A stretch of 64,000 nt of DNA from Macrostomum lignano (lineage: Eukaryota), in assembly GCA_002269645.1 (NCBI GenBank), contig NIVC01000916.1:1-64000 (forward strand), in the 5' to 3' direction. The notes below the pieces were generated by a model, which saw only the letters and a program-made list of their open reading frames with translations, was not told where the DNA came from and did not search any database. This document shows positions 61,145-64,000 of this stretch, piece after piece. The first letter of the stretch is position 1, and each line of letters opens with the position of its first letter. The position numbers and the translations under genes are program-made.

Positions 61145-61610
61145 CTGCTCCTTCGCTTCCTCGCCGACGCCTGGGCTCCTAGTACGAGGGCGTCGTACGC
61201 TTCAAACCTCGAACAGTGGTAGCGCTTCTGCGACCTCGAGGGTGTTCAGCCACTAGCGGCATCCCCGGTGCACCTGGTCGAGTACGTGCGACGCCTGGCT
61301 AAGCGCGGCGTGGCACCTGGTAGCCTCGGTGGACACCTGGCGGCCATCAGCTGGAGCTTCAAGCTGGCGCAACTCCCCGACATCACCAAGTCCGGCCTGA
61401 TCGATCTGGCAGTTAAGAGCGCCAAACGGACAAGCAGCCATTCAGTCAAGCAGAAAGACCCCATCACCCCGACGGTTCCGCTTTCACTAGCAAAACAGAT
61501 GAAGTCCCTGCAGACGCCGCCTTTTGGGCTGCTGTGCTCTGCTGCTTCTGGGCGCTTCTCAGGAAAGCAAATGTCTGCGGGCGCCACTCCACTCAGCCGT
61601 TCCGCTGAGG
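61145..61610 (+). pseudogene. tyrosine recombinase, N-terminal half
   Basis: FLADAWAPSTRASYASNLEQW*RFCDLEG...HLAAISWSFKL...KDPIT, then in a shifted frame AFWAAVLCCFWALLRKAN (first catalytic Arg). The sequence switches to AT-rich DNA after ~61610. Confidence 0.8.
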
Positions 61611-62049
61611 TCGATCTAATATGGCTACGCTCGTATTATATTTAACTTTTTCGAAATTGCATCTTTTATTGTGTAACGGCCGGTTTCGTCTCCAATGTTG
61701 AGCATAAAATCAAATCAACGCCACGTCACAAAAATCTCATTTTCTACTATTAAAAATTAGCTCATAGAATAGATATTGCGAGAACAAAGACTATATATTA
61801 ATATGCGATTGCTAAGATATCGCGATAATATTCTGTTACTACCAATTCTCCTTAGATCTAAGGACTGAATTTTTAGACAATGGTGAATAGCTAGAATTCC
61901 TTCCAGATCACTCGAGAACCCAGTATCAGGATAACATAAGAGATTAGTTATGCTGGAAAGCTGGGGATGAAGTTTGCAGTGTATCTTCAAATTTTCGTTG
62001 GTCCCATGCGACAAGTATAGAAAATTTTGAGCTACGAACATGCCGTAAG

Positions 62050-62680
62050 TTAGAACACGGACAGGCACTCGCAGATGTATTTCCAGTTGAAATAGCATCC
62101 GGCATCATCGACGCCGATCTTGTGGACAGCAGCGCAGCCCTCAGTGGGTAATCCGTTTTTCGGCGTCCCCGGCTCCCAGACGTCGGCCCGGATGCTCTCG
62201 TTGCAGGCGTCCCAGATCCAGCCTTCCGTCTTGTCCTCAGAGCCCGGAATCTGGTGGCCACCCAGGTACAAACTCTCTACAGGAATGTTCGACACGTTCT
62301 TGATCCACATCAGGTGACGCGACTCGTCCAAGTCCAGAGCGTCCGTGAACTTCGACAGTCCGGCCGGGAGAGAGCGTCAGCCCAATTGGTCGCAGGTGAG
62401 GCCGACACCTTGTATGAGGATCCGAACTGAGAGTACTCGTATCCGGGTGGGCACAGGCGACCCGGAGCTACTCCAGGTAGCGATCTCACGTACACGGTCA
62501 CTCGGTGAGTGCAGTTGGCCACTGACTACACTCGATGGCTGCACTTGTCGAACAGGAACAGCTTGCAGAGGCAGTCGCCATCCGGCAGCGAGAAGGCCCG
62601 GCAGTTCGGCATCTTGGCGCAGTGCAGGCTGCAGGACTGCGGATCGGACGAGCCCCACACGGTGTGGGTGAAGTGATGCT
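62050..62680 (-). pseudogene. PAN/Apple + C-type lectin domain protein, disrupted
   Basis: SDPQSCSLHCAKMPNCRAFSLPDGDCLC (PAN-like), TAG at 62526-62528, then LCPPGYEYSQFGSSYKV...NWADA, a frameshift, and LYLGGHQ...WIW...WEPGTPKNGLPTEGCAAVHKIGVDDAGCYFNWKYICE (C-type lectin). Confidence 0.7.
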
Positions 62681-64000
62681 CCTTACTACCAAGACTCTCT
62701 CAGTAATCAAGGAACAATTACTTCTAGCTACTTTGCTAGGCAACCCAGTTATCAAATGAAGGTACTGCTTACCTTGACTCCGGTTTGACAGATCTCCTTG
62801 TAGTTCTCGTCCAACGAGTTGTTCTCGCAATCTGTTGCGTTCCTGTCCTTCAGGAAATGTAGACGTCTAGAATCGGTCGATCTGGTCCTGTATCTTCTTT
62901 TACTTCCGATGAAGTTGTTTCCGGCCGGTATCTGCAGTCAGGACCAATCAGAGGCCTCGTGTCAACAATGGGTACCCTGCGCCGACCTGCGGTTTCACTT
63001 AAGCCTTCTCCTTCTAGTAGTGCCTCAATGCACTCTAGGTATTGCTCCGGTAATCTCTAATAGATCCTCTAAGATCTTTTAGGGTAGTCCTTCGGGTGAC
63101 TACAACCAATGGAGTCTCAGATGGACTCAAGAGTCTCAACAGACTCTAACACTATCACTCAGTTTGAGTGAGTCGACTCAAACCACGGGCGCAAATGAGC
63201 AAGGCTTACCGCAACAACTCAACTTGACTTGGTGATCAGGAAGTCCTCCTAAGGCTTCCTCTTCGGAGCTTCTATCGTCGGGAGTTGGCTCCGGGTCCGC
63301 TTCGGACCACTTGTATTTATAGGCAAATGGACCTCTCTCGAGGTCGTCCATCACCTTTTTCGTAAATGTCAAAGGGTCACGCTTTGGTTGCTGGCAAGCA
63401 TGACAGGGTAGAAAGTTGCGCAACTAGTCTAGTGTAAGCGCGCATGATTGTTACCGTAGCTGAGCTATTTTTAGATACCTTTGATTGGTTCATCCGGGTG
63501 CAAGCCGAATGATGAATCGTAGGTGGGGTTTGAACTGACAAATGTTGGTCACACGTGACCAATGATGAATCGCAGATGGGGTTTGAACTGACAATTGTAG
63601 GTCACATGATTGATTGGTTGCTAAAAATTACATGTCCGACTTTTCGCTCTTCTGATTGGTTGATTAAGATATATATGTGATTCAACGCTTATTCGTATAC
63701 ATGCTACTTGTCTTACTACTATGTAAGTAGTACGTTCACAATTTTATCACTTTTTGAGGGAGGTAGAACACTCTACAGAAGCTGAAAGTCACGCAGACAG
63801 CGCCAGAGATGGGGTGAAAAGTCGCTTTCGGAGAGTTGCAAGTTGATTCACTTTTTACGGTAACGCTGAAGTACGTCAGCAGCAGCAGCAGTAGCAGCAT
63901 TTCATGTGGTTGTCTGGTGACAGTAAATTCAGTTTTCGGTCGTATTACTGAGTAGCTCTAATGTGGTCGCTGCAAGTCTAATGCAATAAGGAAAATATCA

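Larger units (their letters stand above)
58240..61610 (+). mobile_element. decayed tyrosine-recombinase retrotransposon (DIRS order, Ngaro-like), 3'-truncated
   Basis: Gag 58450-59432 (SAP-like N-terminus; C-terminal CKFQNCKHTHACRVCLRLDH). RT motifs KIDLKEAY, RLSFG and YLDD. RNase H motifs TDAC, HINVKE, YSD and HVPG...AD..SR. YR motifs WAPSTRASY...FC and FWALLRKAN. Six in-frame TAGs plus frameshifts. Termini approximate. Confidence 0.9.

Noticed and set aside
58477-62528. Genome-wide TAG reassignment
   Set aside because: Intact genes in the window (FABP, Tctex1-domain) end at TAG exactly where homologues end

Overview
Eukaryotic (animal) genomic DNA with GT-AG introns, GC-rich exons, AT-rich spacers and more than 25 different micro/minisatellite arrays. 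This texture resembles the free-living flatworm Macrostomum, which is an inference only. Intact spliced genes I could reconstruct by hand: a calmodulin-like EF-hand protein (-), cytochrome b5 (+), a fatty-acid-binding protein (-), a Tctex1-domain dynein light chain (-), NDUFAF3 (-) and the Utp12-domain/acidic C-terminal part of WDR43/UTP5 (-). Genes with indels or stops: heparan sulfate 3-O-sulfotransferase (3' part), acylphosphatase, an orphan 2-TM protein, a gelsolin-family relic, a PAN/Apple plus C-type lectin relic and a putative ciliary microtubule-inner-protein gene. Also present: a decayed Ngaro/DIRS tyrosine-recombinase retrotransposon with a SAP-domain Gag, a hAT-type MITE with 8-bp TSD, a probable Helitron 3' end inside nested minisatellites, and a well-formed tRNA-Ile with the GAU anticodon, which is atypical for eukaryotes. 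The standout is 9889-11691 (-): a single-exon 600-aa ORF with a signal peptide followed by 43 copies of IRIGGNAK joined by SMSRR, in which every variant site I found is synonymous. It is a candidate new secreted, dibasic-processed cationic polypeptide precursor. Most other long ORFs in the track are satellite artefacts. No CRISPR array is present. All family calls come from motif recognition, with no database search.
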